A DNA stretch of 64,000 bases, taken from assembly GCA_964016885.1 (NCBI GenBank), contig OZ024743.1, forward strand, positions 69,688,001 to 69,752,000. Direction: 5' to 3'. The translations under genes and the position numbers were made by a program. Below, piece by piece: positions 1 to 9,615 of the stretch; position 1 is the first letter of the stretch, and each line of letters opens with the position of its first letter. The notes under the pieces were generated by a model. It saw only the letters and a program-made list of their open reading frames with translations. It did not search any database and was not told the origin of the DNA. This DNA is from Eledone cirrhosa (Eukaryota).

Positions 1-2251
1 CGGTCCGAACCAGACCCCGAGCAACTTCACCGGGCCCTCCGTCCAGCGTCCGACGACGCCATCGGAGGGCATCGGTCTGCCCCTCCACGTGCCGAGTTGC
101 AAACCGATCGACTTGTCCCGGTTCAGCTTAGCCCCTGTGAACTTTTCGTACTCCTCCAGTAAGGTGCCGACCGCCTCGATTTCGGAGGCTGTCGACACCA
201 TTACTGTCATGTCATTGGCGTAGGCCGACACCGCTTTCCGCAATCCCGGTTCTAAAGGGATGCCCTGCAACAACTCCAACTTCCGCAGTAGTGGCTCGAG
301 AGTCAACACATACAGAAGGGAGGAGAGAGGGCACCCTTGTCGGATGGACCGCGCGATTTTGAACGGCTCCGAGAGGTAGCCGTTCACCTTGACCCTAGAG
401 CAGATGCGGCTGCTGTGCATAGCAGTGATCCAGCCCCTGAAAACGGGTCCGAAGCCTGCCGCCGCTAGCACCGCATCCAGGTAACCATGGTCGACCCTAT
501 CGAACGCCTTAGATTGATCCAAGTTGATCAGAGCCCCACCAAAGCCGGGTTCGTTCCCAACCCTCTCTATGATGTATCGCATGAGGTGGAGGTTGTCATG
601 GATGGACCTGGACGGGATAGCGCATGTCTGCGCATCTCCCACCAGGTTGCCCACGACAAGCGCCAACTTCTTTGCTAGCACCTTGGCCAAAATCTGTAAC
701 TCTGTATTTAGCAGAGTTATGGGCCTGAAGTTACTTATTTCGTCCCCCTTGTTCCTATCCTTCCTCACTAGCGTGACTACGCCCTTGGTCACAGTACAGG
801 GAATTCTCCCGTTCTGTTGCCAGTTGCAGTAGACCGCCTCGAGGAGATCGGGGAACAAGTCCGGCATAGCTAGATATAATTCGTAAGGAAGACCATCGAG
901 ACCCGGGGATTTGCGTTTGCCGCATTGGCTCAGCACGTCCTCTATCTCAGCCGCCGAAATCGGCTCCTCGCAGGACTTCGCCTCCCTGTCCGAGAGGCGC
1001 GGCAGGCCGTCGAGGTATGGACCGAAGTCCACGTTCCCAACCGGCTCCCCGCCCCTCCCGAACAGTCGGGCAAAGTGCCTTTGAAAGGCCTCACACATCT
1101 GCTTAGGCTCAAGAATCGCCCATCCATCCAGGTCTCGCAAAGACCGGATGGAGGATTTAGTTCCACTGTTGGCCTCTGTCACGCGGGCCCAGCTAACAGC
1201 TTTGGTCCCCTCGTTCCCTAGAGCACGTATTTTACTTCGGACAACGCAGCCTTCGTGCTTCGCGTCGAAAAACTGGCTCAAAGCCGTTCTCGACGCTAGC
1301 ACTCTGGCCACGTCGCCGCTTCTAATTGCCTCTTCTACTCTATCTATTAGCTCCCTTTCCTTCCTATTCCTATCCGCAGCTAGAACCTTACTAAATTCTA
1401 TCGAGACTACTCTAATCTCTCTCTTTAGAGATACCCACCACCTGCTGTTGACGATCGCTCCAGTCAACCGTTCCTTAACTAACGTACTAATCCGATTCCT
1501 GTAGGCTCTACTTGCCGGCAAGGACAAGTTGAGCTTCCAGTAACCGGGGCCCTGTCTATGAGTTCTGTCAAGGTTGACCATGCAGGTCACTAATTTGTGG
1601 TCTGAATAGCCAACCATGCGCATTTTTGGACAACTTAAAAAGTCCTTATCCTTAATTCTAACTAAGAACCTATCTAGGTACGACCTAGATGATCCGCTAC
1701 GATTTGCCCAAGTCCAGGTTGGCGCAGTCGGAAAATCTAGTCGATATCTATCGGCCAGGTCAAATCGACCGATTAACCCTTTGAGGCTATTACACCCCTC
1801 TCTATCGGGGCAGGCCCCTACGTAGTCCCAGCGTGCATCTAGAATACCATTCCAGTGCCCCACTAATAGCAAGGAGCGGGACGTCCCTAGAAAAGTCTCC
1901 AGACGATGGAAGAAGTCCGGCCGCATTGACCCGAAAGGGCCGTAGGCGGCTACCAACCTAAACGCTCTGCCTTTACCACTGCCAAGGTCCAGAACCACTA
2001 GTCGACCCTCCGGGTCCAAATGTACCATCTGTGTTGCGAGACCCAGATGTTTTTTGCAGCAGAACGACAACTCCACCCCCACCTCCGGGCTGACAGAGAG
2101 ATGCGTGCATCTCAAAGTCATCAAAGGTGGGGGCCAGCTGTCGCACGTTGCTGATCCGGGCCTCGCAAATAACCATCACATCTATACGTTGTGACCTGAG
2201 GTCATTTAGAAGCATTGCTTGCTTCCAAGTTGAGCCCAGGCCACGCGCATT

Positions 2252-2253
<2 letters not shown>
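1..2253 (-). pseudogene. 5'-truncated, inactivated copy A of the Tx1/L1-type retrotransposon ORF2 (runs off the window start)
   Basis: Near-identical to 3750-6001 (offset 3749). Carries a +1 T frameshift at ~2050-2055, YADD->YAND (codon 214-216) and GDWN->GHWN (~1856). Its 5' end stops at GCGCATTTA, directly abutting (GATA)n. Confidence 0.93.
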
Positions 2254-2296
<43 letters not shown>

Positions 2297-2325
2297 TATA
2301 GATAAATGGATAGATAAATAGATAT
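2252..2325. repeat. (GATA)n microsatellite: tail of copy B and insertion site of copy A
   Basis: TAGATAGATAGA... run degenerating into GATAAAT/GATATAT, lying between the two retroelement copies. Confidence 0.95.
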
Positions 2326-2588
2326 ATTTCTTTTATTTGCCACTAGGGCATCAAAAGTGGGACAAGTACAAAGGGGGGAGTTTACACAAAAAGGCGTCCT
2401 CAATAAGGAGGAGGCAATAACAAAATATAAAAATAAAATAAGATATAACAAAAAATAAAATTTTTAACAAAATCCTCAATAGAGAGGAGGCGCCTTGGGG
2501 GGTCGCACACACCCCCGAAAAAAGTGTGCAACCCTTCTCCTCAGGAGCACAGAGAAGGGGTGCTCCCTTGGTCTTTCATCTTCCTCAC

Positions 2589-5500
2589 CTATAGTCTGAT
2601 GTAGAGTGAAGGCCCATTCACACGGGCCATTCTCGCCACTTTCACCCATCTTTCATAGAAACGGCTGGGGTGCAGCACCTCTCTCTCCATCCTGATCCTT
2701 CTTCCGAAATGATATCGGAAGAAACGGACCAGTTGTTGGCCAGAGAGAAAGGTGCCCGACCTCAGTCCTTTCAGACGCGTCCACCATACAACCTCTTTCG
2801 CCATGGCTATTACGCACAGAAACACCGCCTCTGCTTCATCTTTGAAGGGGGGAGGCGGCTTGATCATTACAATAGACTCGGTGGTCAACCGGATCGGTCC
2901 CACCCTTGACAGCAGTTGTTCGACATAGCCCCACAGATCGGCTACGCCCGAGCAGTGTACTAAGGCGTGTGCAACGGTTTCCTCGTCGCACACGCATCTG
3001 GGACAGATCTTTTTGGCGGGGTCCCTACCCGGGCGCCCGTGTCTGTAGAGCCTTTCTCGAACGGGTAAAGCCCCTCGGTAGCACTGCCAGGCCAGGGACT
3101 TCTGGAAGTTGTCCATAGGTCCCGGGCTGAATGTCCTACCGAAAAGGCTGGCCAGTTCGTCCTCCTCCATGTCTAGGGCTTCTCCGAGGGCGTCGTCGCA
3201 CCTGCTGCGTACCAGCCCTCTATAGAATGTTGCGGTGGAGTCTCCACTGATAACCGGATCCGCCTGCCAGAGGGCGGTGAGCGCCTGGGCACACTCAGTG
3301 TGCCAGGCGCCCAGTTTTCTCGGTCTTTGCTTGACCCAGGATTGCAGCTCGGTGAGTGAGACGAGTCTGGGAAAGGTTCGTCTCACAAACGAGGCCCACA
3401 CCGGTTGTCCGGTGAGGAATACGTAGAGGTGCCGTAGCCTTAATGCGTGTTTACGCATCATTAGCCACGGCATCCCCAGCCCTCCTTTCGAAGGGTGTTG
3501 ACAGCAGATGGATCTCCTCACCATAGGAGCCCGCCTCTTCCAAAGGAATTGGAAGAGCGCGCGCTCCATCTTGGTGAGGGTTTCCCTTGGGCAGGGCACT
3601 ACGGTCAGGCGGTAGTAGATGACGGACGCTATGTAGGTGTTCGCCACCTCCGCCCGACCTTTCAGGGATAGTTTGCAACTGGCCCACTTCTGGGTCAGTG
3701 CAAACACTCTGTTCGTAACCTCCGCCCAGTTTTTCTCCACCTGGAGGTCCGGTCCGAACCAGACCCCGAGCAACTTCACCGGGCCCTCCGTCCAGCGTCC
3801 GACGACGCCATCGGAGGGCATCGGTCTGCCCCTCCACGTGCCGAGTTGCAAACCGATCGACTTGTCCCGGTTCAGCTTAGCCCCTGTGAACTTTTCGTAC
3901 TCCTCCAGTAAGGTGCCGACCGCCTCGATTTCGGAGGCCGTCGACACCATTACTGTCACGTCATCGGCGTAGGCCGACACCGCTTTCCGCAATCCCGGTT
4001 CCAAAGGGATGCCCTGCAACAACTCCAACTTCCGCAGTAGTGGCTCGAGAGTCAATACATACAGAAGGGAGGAGAGAGGGCACCCTTGTCGGATGGACCG
4101 CGCGATTTTGAACGGCTCCGAGAGGTAGCCGTTCACCTTGACCCTAGAGCAGATGCGGCTGCTGTGCATAGCAGTGATCCAGCCCCTGAAAACGGGTCCG
4201 AAGCCTGCCGCCGCTAGCACCGCATCCAGGTAACCATGGTCGACCCTATCGAACGCCTTAGATTGATCCAAGTTGATCAGAGCCCCACCAAAGCCGGGTT
4301 CGTTCCCAACCCTCTCTATGATGTATCGCATGAGGTGGAGGTTGTCATGGATGGACCTGGACGGGATAGCGCATGTCTGCGCATCTCCCACCAGGTTGCC
4401 CACGACAAGCGCCAACCTCTTTGCTAGCACCTTGGCCAAAATCTGTAACTCTGTATTTAGCAGTGTTATGGGCCTGAAGTTACTTATTTCGTCCCCCTTG
4501 TTCTCGTCCTTCCTCACTAGCGTGACTACGCCCTTGGTCACAGTACAGGGAATTCTCCCGTTCTGTTGCCAGTTGCAGTAGACCGCCTCGAGGAGATCGG
4601 GGAACAAGTCCGGCATAGCTAGATATAATTCGTAAGGAAGACCATCGAGACCCGGGGATTTGCGTTTGCCGCATTGGCTCAGCACGTCCTCTATCTCAGC
4701 GGCCGAAATCGGCTCCTCGCAGGACCTCGCCTCCCTGTCCGAGAGGCGCGGCAGGCCGTCGAGGTATGGACCGAAGTCCACGTTCCCAACCGGCTCCCCG
4801 CCCCTCCCGAACAGTCGGGCAAAGTGCCTTTGAAAGGCCTCACACATCTGCTTAGGCTCAAGAATCGCCCGTCCATCCAGGTCTCGCAAAGACCGGATGG
4901 TGGATTTAGTTCCACTGTTGGCCTCTGTCACGCGGGCCCAGCTAACAGCTTTGGTCCCCTCGTTCCCTAGAGCACGTATTTTACTTCGGACAACGCAGCC
5001 TTCGTGCTTCGCGTCGAAAAACTGGCTCAAAGCCGTTCTCGACGCTAGCACTCTGGCCACGTCGCCGCTTCTAATTGCCTCTTCTACTCTATCTATTAGC
5101 TCCCTTTCCTTCCTATTCCTATCCGCAGCTAGAACCTTACTAAATTCTATCGAGACTACTCTAATCTCTCTCTTTAGAGATACCCACCACCTGCTGTTGA
5201 CGATCGCTCCAGTCAACCGTTCCTTAACTAACGTACTAATCCGATTCCTGTAGGCTCTACTTGCCGGCAAGGACAAGTTGAGCTTCCAGTAACCGGGGCC
5301 CTGTCTATGAGTTCTGTCAAGGTTGACCATGCAGGTCACTAATTTGTGGTCTGAATAGCCAACAATGCGCATTTTTGGACAACTTAAAAAGTCCTTATCC
5401 TTAATTCTAACTAAGAACCTATCTAGGTACGACCTAGATGATCCGCTACGATTTGCCCAAGTCCAGGTTGGCGCAGTCGGAAAATCTAGTCGATATCTAT

Positions 5501-6026
5501 CGGCCAGGTCAAATCGACCGATTAACCCTTTGAGGCTATTACACCCCTCTCTATCGGGGCAGGCCCCTACGTAGTCCCAACGTGCATCTAGGATACCATT
5601 CCAGTCCCCCACTAATAGCAAGGAGTGGGACGTCCCCAGAAAAGTCTCCAGACGATGGAAGAAGTCCGGCCGCATTGACCCGAAAGGGCCGTAGGCGGCT
5701 ACCAACCTAAACGCTCCGCCTTTACTACTGCCAAGGTCCAGAACCACTAGTCGACCCTCCGGGTCCAAATGTACCATCTGTGTTGCGAGACCCAGATGTT
5801 TTTGCAGCAGAACGACAACTCCACCCCCACCTCCAGGCTGACAGAGAGATGCGTGCATCTCAAAGTCATCAAAGGCGGGGGCCAGCTGTCGCACGTTGCT
5901 GATCCGGGCCTCGCAAATAACCATCACATCTATACGTTGTGACCTGAGGTCATTTAGAAGCATTGCTTGCTTCCAAGTTGAGCCCAGGCCACGCGCATTT
6001 AAACAGCCTACTCTTAGCATAGCCAT
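2589..6026 (-). CDS. ORF2 polyprotein: apurinic-like endonuclease, reverse transcriptase and C-terminal CCHC finger
   Basis: 1153-codon open frame, likely ATG at 6026 (MAMLRVGCLNARGL). APE motifs NARG, ICE, GDWN, SYLDRF, SDH; YWKLN linker; RT motifs KSPGLDGLPYE, FRPITLLN, LDQSKAFDRVDH, IRQGCPLS, YADD, LLGVWF; KGGLG; CPRC-x8-H-x4-C. Confidence 0.95.
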   Translation of the reverse strand: MAMLRVGCLNARGLGSTWKQAMLLNDLRSQRIDVMVICEARISNVRQLAPAFDDFEMHASLCQPGGGGGVVVLLQKHLGLATQMVHLDPEGRLVVLDLGSSKGGAFRLVAAYGPFGSMRPDFFHRLETFLGTSHSLLLVGDWNGILDARWDYVGACPDREGCNSLKGLIGRFDLADRYRLDFPTAPTWTWANRSGSSRSYLDRFLVRIKDKDFLSCPKMRIVGYSDHKLVTCMVNLDRTHRQGPGYWKLNLSLPASRAYRNRISTLVKERLTGAIVNSRWWVSLKREIRVVSIEFSKVLAADRNRKERELIDRVEEAIRSGDVARVLASRTALSQFFDAKHEGCVVRSKIRALGNEGTKAVSWARVTEANSGTKSTIRSLRDLDGRAILEPKQMCEAFQRHFARLFGRGGEPVGNVDFGPYLDGLPRLSDREARSCEEPISAAEIEDVLSQCGKRKSPGLDGLPYELYLAMPDLFPDLLEAVYCNWQQNGRIPCTVTKGVVTLVRKDENKGDEISNFRPITLLNTELQILAKVLAKRLALVVGNLVGDAQTCAIPSRSIHDNLHLMRYIIERVGNEPGFGGALINLDQSKAFDRVDHGYLDAVLAAAGFGPVFRGWITAMHSSRICSRVKVNGYLSEPFKIARSIRQGCPLSSLLYVLTLEPLLRKLELLQGIPLEPGLRKAVSAYADDVTVMVSTASEIEAVGTLLEEYEKFTGAKLNRDKSIGLQLGTWRGRPMPSDGVVGRWTEGPVKLLGVWFGPDLQVEKNWAEVTNRVFALTQKWASCKLSLKGRAEVANTYIASVIYYRLTVVPCPRETLTKMERALFQFLWKRRAPMVRRSICCQHPSKGGLGMPWLMMRKHALRLRHLYVFLTGQPVWASFVRRTFPRLVSLTELQSWVKQRPRKLGAWHTECAQALTALWQADPVISGDSTATFYRGLVRSRCDDALGEALDMEEDELASLFGRTFSPGPMDNFQKSLAWQCYRGALPVRERLYRHGRPGRDPAKKICPRCVCDEETVAHALVHCSGVADLWGYVEQLLSRVGPIRLTTESIVMIKPPPPFKDEAEAVFLCVIAMAKEVVWWTRLKGLRSGTFLSGQQLVRFFRYHFGRRIRMEREVLHPSRFYERWVKVARMARVNGPSLYIRL

Positions 6027-6050
6027 GTTGGTGGTGAAGAGAAAAGGCAC

Positions 6051-6842
6051 TTACCTCTCTGCGTCCCGGGTATCGGGCTGCACAATTTCCATTAGGGTGG
6101 GGGATGGGTTGTTGGGTGGGGTGGTGGTTTGTGGAAGTGTGGGGGCATCAGTGTGTTGTGTGGTTGGGGAGCTTGGAGTTGTGAGGGTGTTTGGGGAGGG
6201 GGTGGGATAGTTTTTTAGGAGGACTCGGTTAATGGGCCCGACGCAGGGGGGACCCACGTCCTCTTTAAAATTGTTTTTTAAAGTTTTATAGGTGTCCTGT
6301 GGGGCCTTAATCATTTTGAGGTGGGGGAAATCCCCTGCCTGGGTGAAGTTAGGCCCTTGTGTTTTTATTAGATTGTTGTTGTACACAATGTTTAACAGTT
6401 TTTTGTTTCTTGTATTTATGTATGTGTATGCATGTTTTTGTTTTTGTGTGGTGTTTTTTGTTTGCTGTTGTGAGCTCTTTTGTGTTGGTGTCAGTGTTAT
6501 GTTTTGGGGAGGGGTTTTTTTCATTTGTGTGTCTGAGGTGTGTTTTCTTTTTTTTCTTTTGATTGTGTGGAAGTGCTCCTCCTCGTCTGACGACGAACTA
6601 GGGTCATCTTCCGCGTTGGAGGGGAGGGGTATATTTTCGGGTTGTGTTTGCGGTACGGGTGTTTTGGAAATTGTTTTTGTTTTTTGAGTGGAGGGGATGG
6701 GTTGGACATTGTTTTGTTTTGGTTTGAGCTGTGGTGGTTGTTTTTGTAGTGGTTGTTGTGGTGATTGTGTTGGTTGTGCAGTTGTTGGTGGTGTAGGCAG
6801 GATTGGGGTTTTCTTATTAAGTTGGGGACAGACAGCCCTCAT
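6051..6842 (-). CDS. Partial ORF1-like (Gag-like) frame of the retrotransposon, probably 5'-truncated
   Basis: 263-codon Pro/Thr/Gln/Lys-rich frame with SSSSDEEE and KRKKRK patches, ending in TAA in frame with ORF2. Its ATG is formed at the junction with the GATA repeat, and no CCHC knuckle is visible. Confidence 0.55.
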   Translation of the reverse strand: MRAVCPQLNKKTPILPTPPTTAQPTQSPQQPLQKQPPQLKPKQNNVQPIPSTQKTKTISKTPVPQTQPENIPLPSNAEDDPSSSSDEEEHFHTIKRKKRKHTSDTQMKKTPPQNITLTPTQKSSQQQTKNTTQKQKHAYTYINTRNKKLLNIVYNNNLIKTQGPNFTQAGDFPHLKMIKAPQDTYKTLKNNFKEDVGPPCVGPINRVLLKNYPTPSPNTLTTPSSPTTQHTDAPTLPQTTTPPNNPSPTLMEIVQPDTRDAER

Positions 6843-6872
6843 AGATAGATAGATAGATATTTAGATATATTT
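6841..6872. repeat. (GATA)n tract at the 5' junction of copy B
   Basis: ATAGATAGATAGATAGATATTTAGATATATTT. Confidence 0.9.
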
Positions 6873-7117
6873 ATCCTGGGTTCAATCGGGGGTAACCTCA
6901 GTAAATGAGGTACTCAATACATATTACATATTACATTGACAGTCGGCTTTCCTGATGGTTTCTCTAGAATGAAACAGTTCTAGTCCTGTAGAAGCCATTT
7001 CTATTATATAAATATATATATATATATATATAGTAATAATAATAAAATTGAAGACTAAAATCCAGAGAGGGCTCGATAAGGAAAACATATATAAAATATA
7101 TAAGAACCGAAGAGCAA

Positions 7118-7358
<241 letters not shown>

Positions 7359-7407
7359 TTATATATATATATATATATATACATATAGAGAGAGAGAGAG
7401 GGAGGCG

Positions 7408-7524
7408 TATGAACTCGACCGTTACGCTAAGCGGTTTCGGCTTGTATGTTCAGCAAGCTTTTTTAAAGGGTCTGAATAGGCTTGCTGAACACACAAATCG
7501 AAACCACTTGGCGTCTCGTTCATA
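7408..7524. mobile_element. Degenerate inverted pair of hammerhead-like motifs
   Basis: Plus strand: CTGAATA-GGCTTG-ctgaacaca-CAAATC-GAAAC. Minus strand: GCTTG-ctgaacata-CAAGC-C-GAAA-CCG...CGG-TC. Outer TATGAAC/GTTCATA. Confidence 0.55.
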
Positions 7525-7727
7525 TCCCTTTATATTTTCACTGATTTTTTCCCCATGCATTGAGTACTCGTGTGTGACTGTGTGTATGTATATATATATG
7601 AATGTATGTATAGTATATTTGGCAATATACTGTATGTTTAATTAAACATATTTAGAAGACCATACGCTATCGGTTTTAAAGTAATGACTATGTCACTTAC
7701 TTCTTTTCGGCGAAAGAAGGGAGAGAA

Positions 7728-7764
7728 GCTGACAGTCTGTTTCACGCTGGCTGGCGAACATCAG
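7728..7764 (-). ncRNA. Degenerate hammerhead-like motif
   Basis: Minus strand CTGATGT-T-CGC-cagcca-GCG-T-GAAA-CAG-A-CTG-TC (A9 replaced by T). Confidence 0.4.
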
Positions 7765-7918
7765 ATCAACGCACCCCCTGCTTCCGCCCAAAAATTATAG
7801 AGGCTTGATTCTTATAGAATTCCAGTTATAATTAGGAACTGATTATACAGGGGGATTGCCGGTCCAGCAAAAATTAGGTATTAGGATTGGTGCCCTGCAA
7901 TAGCGATGTATACCATGA

Positions 7919-7970
<52 letters not shown>

Positions 7971-7973
<3 letters not shown>

Positions 7974-8130
7974 ACATCTAATTCTGAACTGTCAGAACTA
8001 GCCGTCGAAACGGCCGGAGCTCAGCCGTCGGGGTTCTGACTCTTTTCCTATTACACACTCTACTACCCATAGTATCTGTACTCTGGTGCATTATGGTCCA
8101 CCTGGTTCCTTACCACACCTTCTTCGTTAT
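7971..8130 (+). mobile_element. Family-A short hammerhead-bearing element in (TA)n (non-palindromic copy)
   Basis: Homologous to 24540-24737 and 38990-39178: TAGCCGTC-GAAA-CGGC-cggagctca-GCCG-TC-GGGG...CCACCTGGTTCCTTACCACACCTTCTTCGT-(TA)n. Confidence 0.8.
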
Positions 8131-8184
8131 ATATATAAGCCGATTTCTCCATAAAAAGCTTGACCGTTTCCTGCACTTTATGTC

Positions 8185-8236
<52 letters not shown>

Positions 8237-8354
8237 CTAAATATTAGATAGGAACAAAAAACAGAGAGGCAGTACAAATGGTAGTTTATTAGGTTCACGC
8301 TTTTGATATATATATATATATATATATACATATACTCACTGTCTTTCTCTTTCC

Positions 8355-8391
<37 letters not shown>

Positions 8392-8441
8392 GAATGAAAG
8401 AAAAAGACAGTGAGTGAGAGAGAGGGGGAGAAAGAAAGAGC

Positions 8442-8556
<115 letters not shown>

Positions 8557-9124
8557 GAGAAAGAAAGAGAGAAAGAGAGAGTAATACTAATATATCGTTG
8601 AAAAGTATTAAAATCCTTACACGCTGTTCTTCTGCAGGATGTGATATATTTGTTGAAAGATGACAAGAAAGTACCTTGAATAGAACACAGTTTATTGAAA
8701 GTAATAAATACATAGACGCCTGCCGAGTGATTGTGAATAAGTAGCATGGCCTAAACACAGAAAATAGTAATTCTTACTTACCAGCCTATTTTTATTCCTT
8801 GTACTTTTCTGTGACATTTATCTTATTCTCTGTAAAATATGTGGAAGAACTATAAATGCCAAAAGACCATCATGTATGAACTCTTAGTATTGTATGTTTT
8901 TATAAGATTTCTGTTTTTGTTTTTTTAACATTTCATGAAGAGCTGTAAAGCCAGGAAGAAAATGTGATGGTGATATGTGTGGCCGTTGTTTTTGTCGCTG
9001 TTGATTCTGTTGTTGTTACTGTTGTTGTTGATCTTGGTGTTGGTGGCATTCATGTTCGTGGTGACTTTTGTGGAGATGAACATGAAGTGGTTTGTAACGA
9101 TGGTATTTGTTTTATTATTTCGCT

Positions 9125-9332
9125 CCTACAGCGGGTCGGACGCCACGCTCTCCAGCATAGAGTCACGGCCCATTATGATCTGAGTTCAAATCCCGCCGAG
9201 GCTAACTTTGCCTTTCATCCTTACGGTGTCTATAAAATAAAGTTCCAATCACGCACTGTGGTCAATTTAATCGACTTTCCACTCGCCCACCCCAAAAAAA
9301 TTCTGGCCTTGTGCCTATATAAGGAACCATTA
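9125..9332 (+). mobile_element. tRNA-derived SINE
   Basis: B-box GAGTTCAAATCC followed by AACTTTGCCTTTCATCCTTACGG..ATAAAATAAAGT and 3' CTGGCCTTGTGCC; many homologues in the window. Confidence 0.8.
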
Positions 9333-9578
9333 TTTTGCTCCTACCACATCTTAGGTAATGCAAGTCATGTCCTCAAATGTCAACTGGGATAGTTCCAGGG
9401 TTGTTCTTTGGGTCAGTAAAGACGAAAGTGTTGATTATTGTGGAGGCATAGCAGCAACCAGTACACATGGAACATCATAACCTAGGAATCTTTGACACGT
9501 ACTTGGGTAGTCAATCATAGTCTACGTGGTTTTTTTCCAGAAATTATATTCTCAGTTTCTTTCGGTTCTCATTCTCTA

Positions 9579-9615
9579 TCTTCTGATGAAAGGTAGTGCC
9601 CGAAACTTTAAGTCT
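9579..9615 (+). ncRNA. Family-D minimal hammerhead-like motif
   Basis: TCTT-CTGATGA-AAGGTAGTGCCC-GAAAC-TTTAAG; homologous to 26906 and 61135. Confidence 0.5.

Larger units (their letters stand above)
2326..6842 (-). mobile_element. Tx1-group (L1 clade) non-LTR retrotransposon, copy B, with intact ORF2 and partial ORF1
   Basis: On the minus strand: ORF1-like frame (6051-6842), ORF2 (2589-6050), ~260-nt 3' UTR with AATAAA (rc of TTTATT ~2332-2337), then a (TATC)n tail. The 5' flank is also (GATA)n. Confidence 0.9.

Noticed and set aside
487-5574. Plus-strand ORFs duplicated at offset 3749
   Set aside because: Antisense shadows of the retrotransposon ORF2
1-6001. Tandem copies as an assembly artefact
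   Set aside because: The copies differ by scattered substitutions (several at CpG) and have distinct 5' junctions into GATA repeats
7701-7894. Apparent minus-strand exon (TTGCAG acceptor, GTAAGT donor)
   Set aside because: Stops in all three frames; it contains a hammerhead-like motif and is more likely a repeat remnant
9170-9200. tRNA gene suggested by GTTCAAATCC
   Set aside because: B box of a SINE; no cloverleaf, and it is followed by the SINE body
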